This document shows, in pieces, positions 7,466 through 16,733 of a stretch of DNA of 64,000 bases (the first letter of the stretch is position 1; every line of letters starts with the position of its first letter). Made by a program: the position numbers and the translations under genes. The DNA lies in the IMG/VR virus record IMGVR_UViG_3300012041_000002, positions 1-64,000 of that record; one strand, given 5' to 3'. The notes under the pieces are model-generated. The model saw nothing but the letters and a program-made list of their open reading frames with translations. It did not search any database and had not been told where the DNA came from. The stretch comes from a virus (lineage: Duplodnaviria > Caudoviricetes).

Positions 7466-7843
7466 GTGAACAAACCGTCTGAGAATTTGCGCAGGGCTTT
7501 GCGCTTCCTGAACACCCACCATATCTGCCGCAACGGTACGTTCGGCACTAATGTAAGGGGTGGGTGTTTTCTCACCCCCCAGGCCACCCAGGCATGCCCG
7601 GAAGAGGATGTCTACTCGGTATGTGCTATTGGTGCTTTGGCTAGGTTTGTATCTCACCGGCACAGTCCCTGGAGCACCAGTGAGGGTATGCTCTTAGATA
7701 GAGCTGCCAAGGAATATTCCAAGGATAACCAGATAGGTTATGGGGTGATAACCAGCATCAACGATAACCTGGGCAAGAATGCTGTCCGGTGGATATACAA
7801 GCGTGCCATCGAGCTGGCCGAGGCTAACGAAAGGAGTAGCTAA
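7466..7843 (+). CDS. paralogue family, subtype B (B3)
   Basis: CRNGTFG...VCAIGAL...INDNLGKNAVRWIYKRAIELA. Confidence 0.75.
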   Translation: MNKPSENLRRALRFLNTHHICRNGTFGTNVRGGCFLTPQATQACPEEDVYSVCAIGALARFVSHRHSPWSTSEGMLLDRAAKEYSKDNQIGYGVITSINDNLGKNAVRWIYKRAIELAEANERSS

Positions 7844-7844
7844 C

Positions 7845-8060
7845 ATGTACTGCGATATAAACTTCCCAACCAAGAAATCCCTACGAGAGGCTGTCAAGGA
7901 GAATCGCAGGGTGGGTGTCTACCAGCCGAATAATTTTTTCGGTGTAACCCCTCCCCTGAACGGTGAGGTAGTTGTCGTAGGCCCACACTTCCCAAAACCC
8001 CATACGTGGGGTGCGACGGTGGAGTTGCGAGAGGGCTGGATTGTAAGGGTGGTGAGATAG
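7845..8060 (+). CDS. conserved phage hypothetical protein
   Basis: NFPTKKSLREAV...GPHFPKPHTW; recalled as a common phage family. Confidence 0.7.
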   Translation: MYCDINFPTKKSLREAVKENRRVGVYQPNNFFGVTPPLNGEVVVVGPHFPKPHTWGATVELREGWIVRVVR

Positions 8061-8062
8061 CC

Positions 8063-8446
8063 ATGCCAAGACAAATATCTGCTATTAGTATCCTGCGCAA
8101 AGCAGACAAGTGGTTCAACAGCTCCAAACGGCTGACTCGTGACGGCTCATTTGGGCACACGGAATCTGGTTTGAGAATACTCCACGCATCTGATATGTCC
8201 TTGTATGTGTCACCAGAAACCCCCATGAAGTGCATGTGCTCATTGGGGGCTGTGTACTATTTCGGCAAGAATAGCTATAACCCCGGCTCCTTACGTGCTG
8301 AAAGTCTACTTAGCAATGCTGCTAACGAGATTTTCAACACAGGCATAGTCACTGTCAACGATTTGTACGGCTTCGATGCCGTGAAGAAGGTATTCTCCCG
8401 TGCAATCGAAATGGAAGATGGAGGGTATACGCATGAAACCATCTGA
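8063..8446 (+). CDS. paralogue family, subtype B (B4)
   Basis: TRDGSFG...CMCSLGAV...VNDLYGFDAVKKVFSRAIEM. Confidence 0.78.
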   Translation: MPRQISAISILRKADKWFNSSKRLTRDGSFGHTESGLRILHASDMSLYVSPETPMKCMCSLGAVYYFGKNSYNPGSLRAESLLSNAANEIFNTGIVTVNDLYGFDAVKKVFSRAIEMEDGGYTHETI

Positions 8447-8816
8447 GCTTATAGGCAAAGTCGAAGCCTACTTCGAGAACCCCAACCATTTTACACAGGG
8501 TGCCTGGGGGAAGGATGCAAAGGGTAATACTCTTGGGTTTGATGAGTTGCAGGAGATAGCCAGAGGTACAGATGCCCGGAGGCGTAGTGTTAATTGCATG
8601 TGTACCAAAGGTGCCCTTGGCTACTTCGCAGCCGAAACTGTTACACGGTGGGAAGATGAGGACGAGGCCGATATATGTTTACAGAGGGCCATACTCGAAG
8701 TACCCTCACCATTCGCTTATATCAGTGTAACAACCTTCAACGACAATTCCCAGCTAGAAGATATACGCGGAGTCTTGAAGCGTGCTAGGGAACTTGCCCT
8801 AGCCAACAATCGCTAG
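8433..8816 (+). CDS. paralogue family, subtype B (B5; DUF6197-like)
   Basis: FTQGAWGKDAKGN...CMCTKGAL...FNDNSQLEDIRGVLKRARELA. Confidence 0.8.
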   Translation: MKPSELIGKVEAYFENPNHFTQGAWGKDAKGNTLGFDELQEIARGTDARRRSVNCMCTKGALGYFAAETVTRWEDEDEADICLQRAILEVPSPFAYISVTTFNDNSQLEDIRGVLKRARELALANNR

Positions 8817-8829
8817 AAAGGAGAATAAT

Positions 8830-9184
8830 ATGCCAAAAGCCAACATGCCGCTCTCCCAGGCTATGAGGGAGGGGGCTAAATTGCACCCCCCAAGCCTTCG
8901 GTAAACTACGAAAATCGTGTGGGGGTAGCTATTGCACCTGCGCCCTTGGTGCTGCCCTTGAAGCTACAGGGGTAAAGCCAAAAGGTTTTACGTATAACCT
9001 CCTTGTAGAGAAATTTCCCTTTCTGATGATTTATGGGCAACACACGAATGGGGTTGTAAAAACGGCAACGAATCCTATGACTGGGCAGACTACTCTGCTT
9101 AGACATGTCATAGCCAACCTCAACGATACTCACAAATGGACACGAGAAGCAATCGCGGATTGGCTGGAAGAGCAGGGCTACTAA
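8830..9184 (+). pseudogene. paralogue family, subtype A (A4), frameshifted by one extra C in a C6 run at 8886-8891
   Basis: Reads MPKANMPLSQAMREGAKLHPPSLR*. Removing one C gives a 117-aa ORF with TCALGAA...LNDTHKWTREAIADWLEEQGY. Confidence 0.8.
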
Positions 9185-9312
9185 TATGCGCAGATATTGG
9201 GTACACATAGACAAGAGGTTGTTGGGTGGTTATGTGATAATTGTAGCCCAAGATTTCAAATTCCACCTGGGAAACCTTCACAAACGAGTAATCAGTAGAA
9301 GGTGGCACTAAT

Positions 9313-9687
9313 ATGGACATTTGGATTGGTATCACCAGCATAAATGAATCAGAGGGGTACACAATTTATAAGGAGGGCCCGAAACCTTATGAGGGGAAGG
9401 CTACCTCCCTCGGGGAGCTGTTCAGGGACTTGCAGGAGGAACATGGCCGGTGTGTGGGTAAGGTGTACGTGGACACCAAGAATGTAGAGGCTATACCTGT
9501 GGGGTGGGTATTCGAGAAGAAGGAGCTGTATCGGGACATCGATGAGCACTACACCAAGGCTACGTGGGTTTCGCTATACGAACCCCCACCCCCACCCCCA
9601 CGAATACACTACCACCCGTTAGAGGTGAGTCAATATAAGGGTAACGCCGAGGGCAGGAGGTTACGGTATGAGACAGGTAGTAATTGA
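9313..9687 (+). CDS. conserved phage hypothetical protein
   Basis: GELFRDLQEEHGRCVGKVYVD...PVGWVFEK. Confidence 0.7.
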   Translation: MDIWIGITSINESEGYTIYKEGPKPYEGKATSLGELFRDLQEEHGRCVGKVYVDTKNVEAIPVGWVFEKKELYRDIDEHYTKATWVSLYEPPPPPPRIHYHPLEVSQYKGNAEGRRLRYETGSN

Positions 9688-9943
9688 CAATCATGGGTAC
9701 GAGTTCGGAATTTATGCACACGAGGCTTGTACCCTGATGAATGACAGGGCAATTGTGCCCTGCCTTGAAGCCCACTGCACTCGCAACTATACCCGCAAGG
9801 CTTACCACCTGCCGGCATGGGGTGAGGGCTACGATGCACAGTGGGAGAGGACGAAACGGCTTCTCGCAGTGAGGAGATACATGGATAAGCAGAAAGGAGT
9901 TACGCATGGAACCGGGCAACTATCAGGGAGAATTAGAGCTTAA
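9668..9943 (+). CDS. hypothetical protein
   Basis: 91-aa ORF with His/Cys residues. Confidence 0.6.
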   Translation: MRQVVIDNHGYEFGIYAHEACTLMNDRAIVPCLEAHCTRNYTRKAYHLPAWGEGYDAQWERTKRLLAVRRYMDKQKGVTHGTGQLSGRIRA

Positions 9944-10009
9944 GCATGGGGTGTGGGAAGAGGTATCCCTACCAGAGGAAGCGATTACGAAATAGCTTAG
10001 GAGAAACCA

Positions 10010-10225
10010 ATGCCGTATTTCATCAAACATGTGCCCGTGGAAAGCTGGCTCGTCTATGTCGTAAAGGGTGCAGATGAGAACGAAGCGCTCGAGGATGATG
10101 AGGGCGAGTACCTTGGGTGCTTTGACACTGACAGTGGTAAAGCCTCAGAAATCGCCGCCGGGCCGTTCAATAAGCGTAGTGATGCCCTGGAAGATAGTGC
10201 AGCCGACGTGGAGTGGGAGGGGTAA
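10010..10225 (+). CDS. small acidic protein
   Basis: AGGAG RBS; D/E-rich. Confidence 0.7.
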   Translation: MPYFIKHVPVESWLVYVVKGADENEALEDDEGEYLGCFDTDSGKASEIAAGPFNKRSDALEDSAADVEWEG

Positions 10226-10227
10226 TC

Positions 10228-10497
10228 ATGGATAAGTTGCCAAATAGCGGGCGTCGAGCCCGCGTAGCTATGGGGTTTATAGGCAAGAGCAGCATTATCG
10301 GGAGAGGGGTGTGCCTCGGCCAAACCAACGTTCTGAACCCAAAGGCAGGGGCCGGCAATAGCACAATGACGTTCGCAATCGACGAGATAGTTGTTACAGA
10401 TGGACAAGGTGAGAAATCCTGCTTCCGACTGACACCGGGGTACAAGAAGGTTATCGTTGCGAAGAGCAACTTTTACTACAATTGGGAGGATACATGA
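10228..10497 (+). CDS. hypothetical protein
   Basis: tightly coupled ORF. Confidence 0.6.
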   Translation: MDKLPNSGRRARVAMGFIGKSSIIGRGVCLGQTNVLNPKAGAGNSTMTFAIDEIVVTDGQGEKSCFRLTPGYKKVIVAKSNFYYNWEDT

Positions 10498-10739
10498 GCA
10501 GAAAGAGGTTTCTTGGTAGGTATACCTTTAGGGGGAATACGTACCTACTAAGCTACACGGAAGGTGATACGTATCCTTTGAGGGCTTGCAGACTTAGTAT
10601 CTTTGGGATGGAGTCTTGTTTAGTTGGAACCGTCGAAGGAGTCAGTATGTATGTAATAGAGGCATTCGAGCCGGAGTTGCCCCCGCTACTCGCAGCATAC
10701 AAGCTCGCTACCCAACGTGGATATATAAAGGGGAACTAA
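10494..10739 (+). CDS. hypothetical protein
   Basis: GGAGG RBS; ATGA overlap. Confidence 0.6.
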   Translation: MSRKRFLGRYTFRGNTYLLSYTEGDTYPLRACRLSIFGMESCLVGTVEGVSMYVIEAFEPELPPLLAAYKLATQRGYIKGN

Positions 10740-10740
10740 A

Positions 10741-11232
10741 ATGTCATCACCCTGGCTAATAGGCGTCCTCAACGAGGACGGCACAGTGCGGAGCATCTCC
10801 GTTCACTGTGATGGTGGGGTGCAGCACGGTGGGCGTATTTTACACGCACATTACCTCACTATGCCCAAAATTGCGGCCCTCATAGAACTGGGCAACCTCT
10901 CAATACTCGGCCCGGAGATAGGGAAGGAACACGACTGGGACGAATATCGGGACACAATGAGTAATCCTGATGGTATGTATCAGAGGGGCTGGTGCAACTC
11001 CCGTCTACGGGACAGGAAGTATTGGTGGGATACCCCCGTCACATTCAACTCTGAGCAGGAGTATCGTCGAGAAACAAGTTACGGCGATTGGGAACAAGTG
11101 TATCTCTTCAAAAGCGGCGAATGGTGGCTCATAGATTACATGGACGATTTTGAAAATAAGTTCGGCTGGGTGAGGGTTGCCGACGCCCTGGCCGAATATG
11201 AAAGGAGCAATTTCAGTGCAGCGAATAGTTAG
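10741..11232 (+). CDS. conserved phage hypothetical protein
   Basis: IGVLNEDGTVRSISVHCDG...G.IL.AHY...LIELGNLSILG; resembles the common YCHWDG-type family. Confidence 0.7.
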   Translation: MSSPWLIGVLNEDGTVRSISVHCDGGVQHGGRILHAHYLTMPKIAALIELGNLSILGPEIGKEHDWDEYRDTMSNPDGMYQRGWCNSRLRDRKYWWDTPVTFNSEQEYRRETSYGDWEQVYLFKSGEWWLIDYMDDFENKFGWVRVADALAEYERSNFSAANS

Positions 11233-11698
11233 ACACAATCCACACCTGGTAGCGGCGATAGTAGCTCTGGCAGCGGTGATGCTGTTGGCCCATTATACGG
11301 ACTCCCAATTCTACCGGAGCCAGGCTTCCCGCACCCTCCCACCTTTGTCTCCTACACACGAGGAGGCACCACCTATTCCATGCAGGGAAGTAAGTTACAG
11401 GGGGTTCAGCAGGGACGTACTATCGGACAGAATAGCCCTCGTAACAATGCCCTACTTCGACTCAACCGACACACTGGACGCCGAGGGGTATATAGAGCCT
11501 GACTGGGGCGAGATACCCAAGAATAGGATTACATTCGCGTGCTGGGGGCTAAGTTTCGATGAACGTACCGGACACTGGGCTTACTCCTGCGGGCCATTCT
11601 ATGGCCCCGGGCAGAACCACGGACAACCATTCCTAATACTGGAACAGGATATGGCACTGCTCTTCGCGGAGTATGGTGCTTACGCAATAACCCGCTAG
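11216..11698 (+). CDS. membrane-anchored/secreted hypothetical protein
   Basis: N-terminal hydrophobic LVAAIVALAAVMLLA. Confidence 0.6.
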   Translation: MQRIVRHNPHLVAAIVALAAVMLLAHYTDSQFYRSQASRTLPPLSPTHEEAPPIPCREVSYRGFSRDVLSDRIALVTMPYFDSTDTLDAEGYIEPDWGEIPKNRITFACWGLSFDERTGHWAYSCGPFYGPGQNHGQPFLILEQDMALLFAEYGAYAITR

Positions 11699-11711
11699 GG
11701 GGGAGGTAAGT

Positions 11712-11951
11712 ATGCTTTACCGTCATGAGTTTACAGCCGTAATTTTCTCGGGGATAGAAGATACGGACACGCTAATAGGCGCACTGGATTCTGAATTGGA
11801 CATCTTTGTGGAGTCTGGTGAGAATGCCGATGGAGTACACCACATACATTTCGAGTGTGATGAAGGTAGGCCGGCTACTCCCGACGAGATAGAGGAGTAT
11901 GTGCCTGATGATGCGGAGGAGGAGGAATATGCCAACAATCAAGGTTCCTAA
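11712..11951 (+). CDS. small highly acidic protein
   Basis: GGAGG RBS; DEIEEYVPDDAEEEEY. Confidence 0.7.
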   Translation: MLYRHEFTAVIFSGIEDTDTLIGALDSELDIFVESGENADGVHHIHFECDEGRPATPDEIEEYVPDDAEEEEYANNQGS

Positions 11952-12408
11952 CTACACAGCCGGGCAGTTTTCGCCTACACAGTGGGCTACCGCTGCCGAA
12001 AAGGCCCGGTGCCTGAAAGCCTTGTGTTCATGGATTGTGGAGGGTATGCCACAGAAACGCTTCATCAGTACGAACAAGCCCCTCTACCATATGCTTTATC
12101 AGCATATGGGGCACATGGCCCATTATGACAGGTGGGGGTTTTACGACGCATGGTTTAGCAACCCTGTACACCAGCTGGATTTCTTGCAGTATCACGCACG
12201 ACAAGCTGTTTATGGTTCTCCAGAACATACGTGGAGTGATGCTGAGTTGGCTTTCAAGGAGTGGGTACTCAGCTCGGGTATCCTGAGCATTTATCGGGAC
12301 AAAGCCGCCGAATATACCATGCGCATGGACGTAGCGACAGCCCAACATGCCCTGGCTAACCTGCCGGAAGAAGCCAGACAGAAAATTATAGAGCAGTTCA
12401 GTGGATAA
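11929..12408 (+). CDS. conserved hypothetical protein
   Basis: LYHMLYQHMGHMAHYDRWGFYDAWF. Confidence 0.7.
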   Translation: MPTIKVPNYTAGQFSPTQWATAAEKARCLKALCSWIVEGMPQKRFISTNKPLYHMLYQHMGHMAHYDRWGFYDAWFSNPVHQLDFLQYHARQAVYGSPEHTWSDAELAFKEWVLSSGILSIYRDKAAEYTMRMDVATAQHALANLPEEARQKIIEQFSG

Positions 12409-12664
12409 TACCATGCCTCGCTTAGGAAGTTTCTACTACACGGACAACGAGTGGGAGGTGCTCAAGTATGGGTTCAGCCTTGCCGAGCGTAACAAGGCCA
12501 TTGAACTCATAGGGGCCGGCAAACCTGTTGACGAGGCGATTTCGTGGCACCGTAGATACTCACACAGATTGGGTACGTTGGAAGAATTAGCCCGGGCGGA
12601 AATAGACAGACGATGTATGGAGGAGGTGCAGCAATGCCTGATGAAACACTACCAGACGAGATAG
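12401..12664 (+). CDS. hypothetical protein
   Basis: 87-aa coupled ORF. Confidence 0.55.
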   Translation: MDNTMPRLGSFYYTDNEWEVLKYGFSLAERNKAIELIGAGKPVDEAISWHRRYSHRLGTLEELARAEIDRRCMEEVQQCLMKHYQTR

Positions 12665-12912
12665 GTTACACCAACCTGAATCTTGCGAAGATTTTAGGGT
12701 TTTACGCCACTCGAGTAGGTACCACCGACTACTGGAATGTATTCAACGATAGCAAGAGGCGCGTGGGAAGTATCAAACGAGAGAAGTGTAGCTTTCCCAA
12801 GTGCCCGAATGACAAGTTTACCGTACTCACCAACTTGGGGTATACGGACAATTCCAAGCATAACTCACTCGACAGGGCTGTGGAGTGGTTCGTGAAGAAC
12901 GAAGGGAGGTAG
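12613..12912 (+). CDS. hypothetical protein (start uncertain)
   Basis: ORF filling gap in operon. Confidence 0.5.
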   Translation: MYGGGAAMPDETLPDEIGYTNLNLAKILGFYATRVGTTDYWNVFNDSKRRVGSIKREKCSFPKCPNDKFTVLTNLGYTDNSKHNSLDRAVEWFVKNEGR

Positions 12913-12914
12913 CT

Positions 12915-13157
12915 ATGCCGAAGATTACACACCTGGAAGATGGCACCAAGGAGCTAAAGCTGGTTCTGGTGCTCAGGGAGATGCCTGAGTATGACGATAC
13001 CTTTGCTACCTTTTCGGCCACCTTTGAGGGGTGGCGTGAAGATGTCGAGGCGCTGGCCCATGCCCCGGGAGAAGCAGCGTCCATTCTTGTCAACGCCATA
13101 GCGGAGGGTATAGACGAGGGCAAGGAAGATTTTTTAGCGTTGTTCGATAAGGAGTGA
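12915..13157 (+). CDS. acidic hypothetical protein
   Basis: GGAGG RBS. Confidence 0.65.
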   Translation: MPKITHLEDGTKELKLVLVLREMPEYDDTFATFSATFEGWREDVEALAHAPGEAASILVNAIAEGIDEGKEDFLALFDKE

Positions 13158-13160
13158 GAT

Positions 13161-13421
13161 ATGCCACAGTACGAGATTATGAAGGTGTCCACCGTCAAGG
13201 AGCGTTTTTACATAGAGGCGCCCAATGAAAAGGAAGCTGTAGAGGCTGTCGAAGATAGGGACGCCGACGATGAGGATTGGAACCTCGACTATACATTCAT
13301 ACGTGGGTGTAAGTTTGAGGAAAAGGTATACGAATCGGTGTTGGGTAGCAGCTTCACTATCGGCAGCCGCCACTCAGACGAGGAATTTAGGGAGTACGTG
13401 GAGGAAGAAGATGCCGACTAG
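13161..13421 (+). CDS. small highly acidic protein
   Basis: AAGGAG RBS; EDRDADDED...EEEDAD. Confidence 0.7.
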   Translation: MPQYEIMKVSTVKERFYIEAPNEKEAVEAVEDRDADDEDWNLDYTFIRGCKFEEKVYESVLGSSFTIGSRHSDEEFREYVEEEDAD

Positions 13422-13692
13422 CACTATTTTGTTTGACAACACAGCCTGCTCTCTGCCAATCCATGCGCTGGAATGCGAAGAACATGTGGAATTTCATCTC
13501 AAACCTATAGGCGTGGAGGTTGGGGTAGCTCACGGCACTATACAGCAAGCGATAGTCCTGCTGCAAATAATGTCTGTGGGGGTTAGGAATCGAGAGGATG
13601 GCACAGAGAATTATGCTGAACTGGAGTCGTCTACGGAACCCCTGGTAATCAGGATTCCATACCAGGACATCGAGAAATACTTGGTTACGTAG
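13411..13692 (+). CDS. hypothetical protein
   Basis: coupled ORF. Confidence 0.55.
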   Translation: MPTSTILFDNTACSLPIHALECEEHVEFHLKPIGVEVGVAHGTIQQAIVLLQIMSVGVRNREDGTENYAELESSTEPLVIRIPYQDIEKYLVT

Positions 13693-13748
13693 AAGTGCCT
13701 ATAAGCCCGGCCTGAACAACCGGGTTTCGCAAATGAGGGTAGACATAG

Positions 13749-14456
13749 ATGCTAAAAAAGCCCATTCTGCGCGGGAGGTTATCTCGCGCCGTTGAGAGAA
13801 CTGGAAATTCCAAACTAGGTGACGCCGCGGCCACCTATGTATCTAAAATCACCTGTCCTGTAGAATGCCCTTTGCTGAACAATGGCTGTTACGCACAGGG
13901 TGGACGGGTAGCCCTACAAACCCGAGAACTGAACTCCGACACCGAAGGTTACACACCCAAAGATGCGGCCATCGAAGAAGCTGGCTTTATCCGAACGTTG
14001 GCGGCGCTTACTCGTCGCCCCCTGCGGTTACATGTTGATGGTGACTCACCCACAGATGAGTGCGCCAGTATCGTCGGCGAAGCTGCCGAGGAGTATCACG
14101 GCTGGGTTTGGACATATACACACGCATGGAGGCGTGTGAAGCGAATAAGTTGGAGGAAGAAAGTATCGGTTCTGGCTTCATGTGAGAACATGGGCCAGGT
14201 TGAGAAGGCCCACAAGCGCGGCTATGGAGCAGCTATAGTAGTGCCTGACTTTCCCAACGGTAAAAAAGCGTGGAAAGAGGGTGATTTCACCCTCATACCA
14301 TGCCCGAATATGTCGGACAAAACCATCACCTGCACCGACTGCCGGCTATGCTTCAACGATACCGGGCTGCACGAACGCAAAGCTGTGATTGCGTTCAAGG
14401 TGCATGGTAATCGCAAGAAGCGAGCAATTGAAGTGATACAGGAGGCATTCAAATGA
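13749..14456 (+). CDS. Cys-rich GP88/DUF7227-like protein (possible Fe-S binding)
   Basis: GNSKLG...TCPVECPLLNNGCYA...RLHVDGD...WTYTH...CP..TCTDCRLC. Confidence 0.65.
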   Translation: MLKKPILRGRLSRAVERTGNSKLGDAAATYVSKITCPVECPLLNNGCYAQGGRVALQTRELNSDTEGYTPKDAAIEEAGFIRTLAALTRRPLRLHVDGDSPTDECASIVGEAAEEYHGWVWTYTHAWRRVKRISWRKKVSVLASCENMGQVEKAHKRGYGAAIVVPDFPNGKKAWKEGDFTLIPCPNMSDKTITCTDCRLCFNDTGLHERKAVIAFKVHGNRKKRAIEVIQEAFK

Positions 14457-14680
14457 GCAACACAGAATACGTAGAGGTTAGTCACTTCACCCCCAACCAT
14501 ACCATACAGGTGAACTGCCTCGGTGGGTTGGTTGAGATACGAATAGAACAAACCGTCACTGGCCGCAGAGTAGTAATCATAAACCTCATAGACGACTATA
14601 GCTACTCAATCCTTCCTGTGTGGGAAGTATGCGCGGGGGGAACGAAACTGAGGATTGACAACATTCTGGATTATGACTGA
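14453..14680 (+). CDS. hypothetical protein
   Basis: ATGA coupling. Confidence 0.6.
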   Translation: MSNTEYVEVSHFTPNHTIQVNCLGGLVEIRIEQTVTGRRVVIINLIDDYSYSILPVWEVCAGGTKLRIDNILDYD

Positions 14681-14692
14681 GAGGAGTGGTAT

Positions 14693-14971
14693 ATGGATAG
14701 GCTAATTTTGGAAGCTGGTGTTTTGAAGCGCATCCACGTCAACAAGCACGTCATAGCCTCAAATCGCAAGCACGGTACCCAGGAGCCGGTGTACACCACC
14801 AAGTGTAAGGGCAAGACTTACATCAGTGAGTCTGTACACATAGAAGGCCCCTCGAAGGCAATCTATACCCCGGAAAAGCCACTGTCCTGTGGAGCAGTGG
14901 CCTACATAACCACTGTGGGGGCAGTCTGCCTCATCAATGTGAAGGTTAAGGAAAAAGTATGCTCACTGTAG
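14693..14971 (+). CDS. conserved phage hypothetical protein
   Basis: IHVNKHVI.SN.KHG..EPV...IEGPS...PEKPLSCGA. Confidence 0.75.
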   Translation: MDRLILEAGVLKRIHVNKHVIASNRKHGTQEPVYTTKCKGKTYISESVHIEGPSKAIYTPEKPLSCGAVAYITTVGAVCLINVKVKEKVCSL

Positions 14972-15297
14972 ATAATCTTACGCACACACCATACCCAACA
15001 CGCAGCCGGTACATCAACAGCTTCACCTACTTGCAGGGTGTCCTCGAGCAGAAACGAAACTTCATTTGCACGTTCAGAGTGGATGAGCAAAGCCTGGGTG
15101 CATGGGGGATGGTGCGTATCTACTTCTTGCACGATGAAGCTCCTGTAGAGATTACCGAGCATGTTGCCAACATTCTGGACTACGGCTGCTGTGGTGAGGG
15201 CATATTCGTGTCTCCCCAGCATAGGTATTCCATACCGGGAATGGTGGGTAGACTCCTGTTCGACAATGTGAGCAAATTCTATGCAGCCTGGCTGTGA
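14959..15297 (+). CDS. hypothetical protein
   Basis: 112-aa coupled ORF. Confidence 0.6.
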   Translation: MLTVDNLTHTPYPTRSRYINSFTYLQGVLEQKRNFICTFRVDEQSLGAWGMVRIYFLHDEAPVEITEHVANILDYGCCGEGIFVSPQHRYSIPGMVGRLLFDNVSKFYAAWL

Positions 15298-15324
15298 TAA
15301 GCAGTCAAGGGTAAGGAGTGAGGG

Positions 15325-15624
15325 ATGGGGAGCAAGAAATCGAAAACTCAGGTGTACCTGGGCTGCAAAGTGTTCTTCATAGAGATGCCATCGAACGGTA
15401 CAAAACATGGTATAAGGCTCATCAGCAACGAGGAGAAGTTCTGGGACTTGCTAACTTACGACGAAGCGTTCTATGAGCCGGAGGGCCCACTGGTAAACGG
15501 ACTTTATGTAGTGAAGGTGTACCCAGAAATCTCCGATGAGTACGCCATCAAACATATACGTAAGTGCATCAAGAAGGCCGGGCTAACCCCGATGGGCCTG
15601 ATTGGCACGAGTGGTAAGGAGTAG
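15325..15624 (+). CDS. hypothetical protein
   Basis: AAGGAG RBS. Confidence 0.65.
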   Translation: MGSKKSKTQVYLGCKVFFIEMPSNGTKHGIRLISNEEKFWDLLTYDEAFYEPEGPLVNGLYVVKVYPEISDEYAIKHIRKCIKKAGLTPMGLIGTSGKE

Positions 15625-15626
15625 AT

Positions 15627-15839
15627 ATGGATACGAAGCTGGAAGAGTTGAAGGCACTGCTCGACACCTTTCGAGGGTGTGATGCTAGTGCCGTATGTGC
15701 TTTCCTGCCCTACGAAAGTAGCTACAAGAAGATGTCCAAGAGGACAGCTCGCTTCTATCGCCTGATAAACGAGCTGATGCTCGTCATGCGTGACGATGGG
15801 CGGCCTTATTACATATTCGAGGAGGACGAAGATGCCTAA
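15627..15839 (+). CDS. hypothetical protein
   Basis: AAGGAG RBS. Confidence 0.6.
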   Translation: MDTKLEELKALLDTFRGCDASAVCAFLPYESSYKKMSKRTARFYRLINELMLVMRDDGRPYYIFEEDEDA

Positions 15840-16140
15840 AATAGGAAAGTACGTGCTCAAGAGTGACGACTACAATGATTATTCCCTTGTGGGGAGTTCA
15901 GTGTGGATAAGTGTTGACAATATCAGCGTTTACATACGTCGCCGGTTGGGGGATAGTGGGGTGTATGTTGAATTGATGCCTCGTGGGTATGAGGCTAACG
16001 TTGATGGCATCCTGAATGAAGCCTCGGCTTCGTCCGAGGACGCGCAGCGATACATAGACAGGAAAGTGCTAGAAGAGGAAGCTGCTCGTGAGGAAATTGA
16101 GCTGGCGGAAGCTGCTCGAGAGAAGGCCGAAGATGCCTAA
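15832..16140 (+). CDS. hypothetical protein
   Basis: GGAGG RBS; acidic C-terminus. Confidence 0.65.
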   Translation: MPKIGKYVLKSDDYNDYSLVGSSVWISVDNISVYIRRRLGDSGVYVELMPRGYEANVDGILNEASASSEDAQRYIDRKVLEEEAAREEIELAEAAREKAEDA

Positions 16141-16456
16141 ATATAACGTCCATATATACACCATCGTGCGTGTGAAGGTGTGCGGTGTAGAGGCCGAGTC
16201 GCCGGTGGAAGCCATTGAAGAAGCCAGAAAGAAACCCCACTACTACGACTTGTTCGACTATATACCAAACCTGAAACAGTATGGTGTGCGTGAGGCGGGG
16301 TGGGGTGCGAAGCATGACGGCTATCTGGTGGACGAAGAGGGTGACGAGGAGTATGAGAACTCCAAGTATTACAAGGACATCGGCGGCAACCCCGTAGAGG
16401 AGGTAGTGCCAACCTATGACGAACTCATCGAAGCTGACGGTACGCAGGCGCCGTAG
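16133..16456 (+). CDS. hypothetical protein
   Basis: MPKYNVHIYTIVRVKV..VEAES..EAI. Confidence 0.65.
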   Translation: MPKYNVHIYTIVRVKVCGVEAESPVEAIEEARKKPHYYDLFDYIPNLKQYGVREAGWGAKHDGYLVDEEGDEEYENSKYYKDIGGNPVEEVVPTYDELIEADGTQAP

Positions 16457-16682
16457 GCTAAACTCGGCCAACATACGTGTGTACAGGACTAATGATGCCG
16501 GTACCGGGTTTCGTTACGAAGCTCAGGATAGTGCCGGAAAGCTGATTGGGGGTTGTGCGGAAACCGCACTCTCTGGCAGTGAGGGTAGCAGGCGCTCGGC
16601 TCTTATGGCTGTTGTGCGGTGCGTGGAGGATACCGGAAGGTTTGACAGGGTTTCCCTGCCCACCGAGCTTACAGAACTCTAG
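16416..16682 (+). CDS. hypothetical protein (start uncertain)
   Basis: 88-aa ORF. Confidence 0.45.
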   Translation: MTNSSKLTVRRRRRLNSANIRVYRTNDAGTGFRYEAQDSAGKLIGGCAETALSGSEGSRRSALMAVVRCVEDTGRFDRVSLPTELTEL

Positions 16683-16689
16683 CATAACG

Positions 16690-16713
16690 CTCAAATATTT
16701 GATATAATTTGAG
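16690..16713 (+). promoter_or_regulatory. extended -10 promoter overlapped by operator palindrome
   Basis: TCAAATATTTGA (16691-16702) overlapping and abutting TG-A-TATAAT (16703-16708 hexamer). Confidence 0.6.
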
Positions 16714-16733
16714 TGACACTCAAAGGAGGTAGG

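Noticed and set aside
4770-9184. Diversity-generating retroelement behind the paralogue array
   Set aside because: No reverse transcriptase and no near-identical TR/VR pair with adenine-specific differences.
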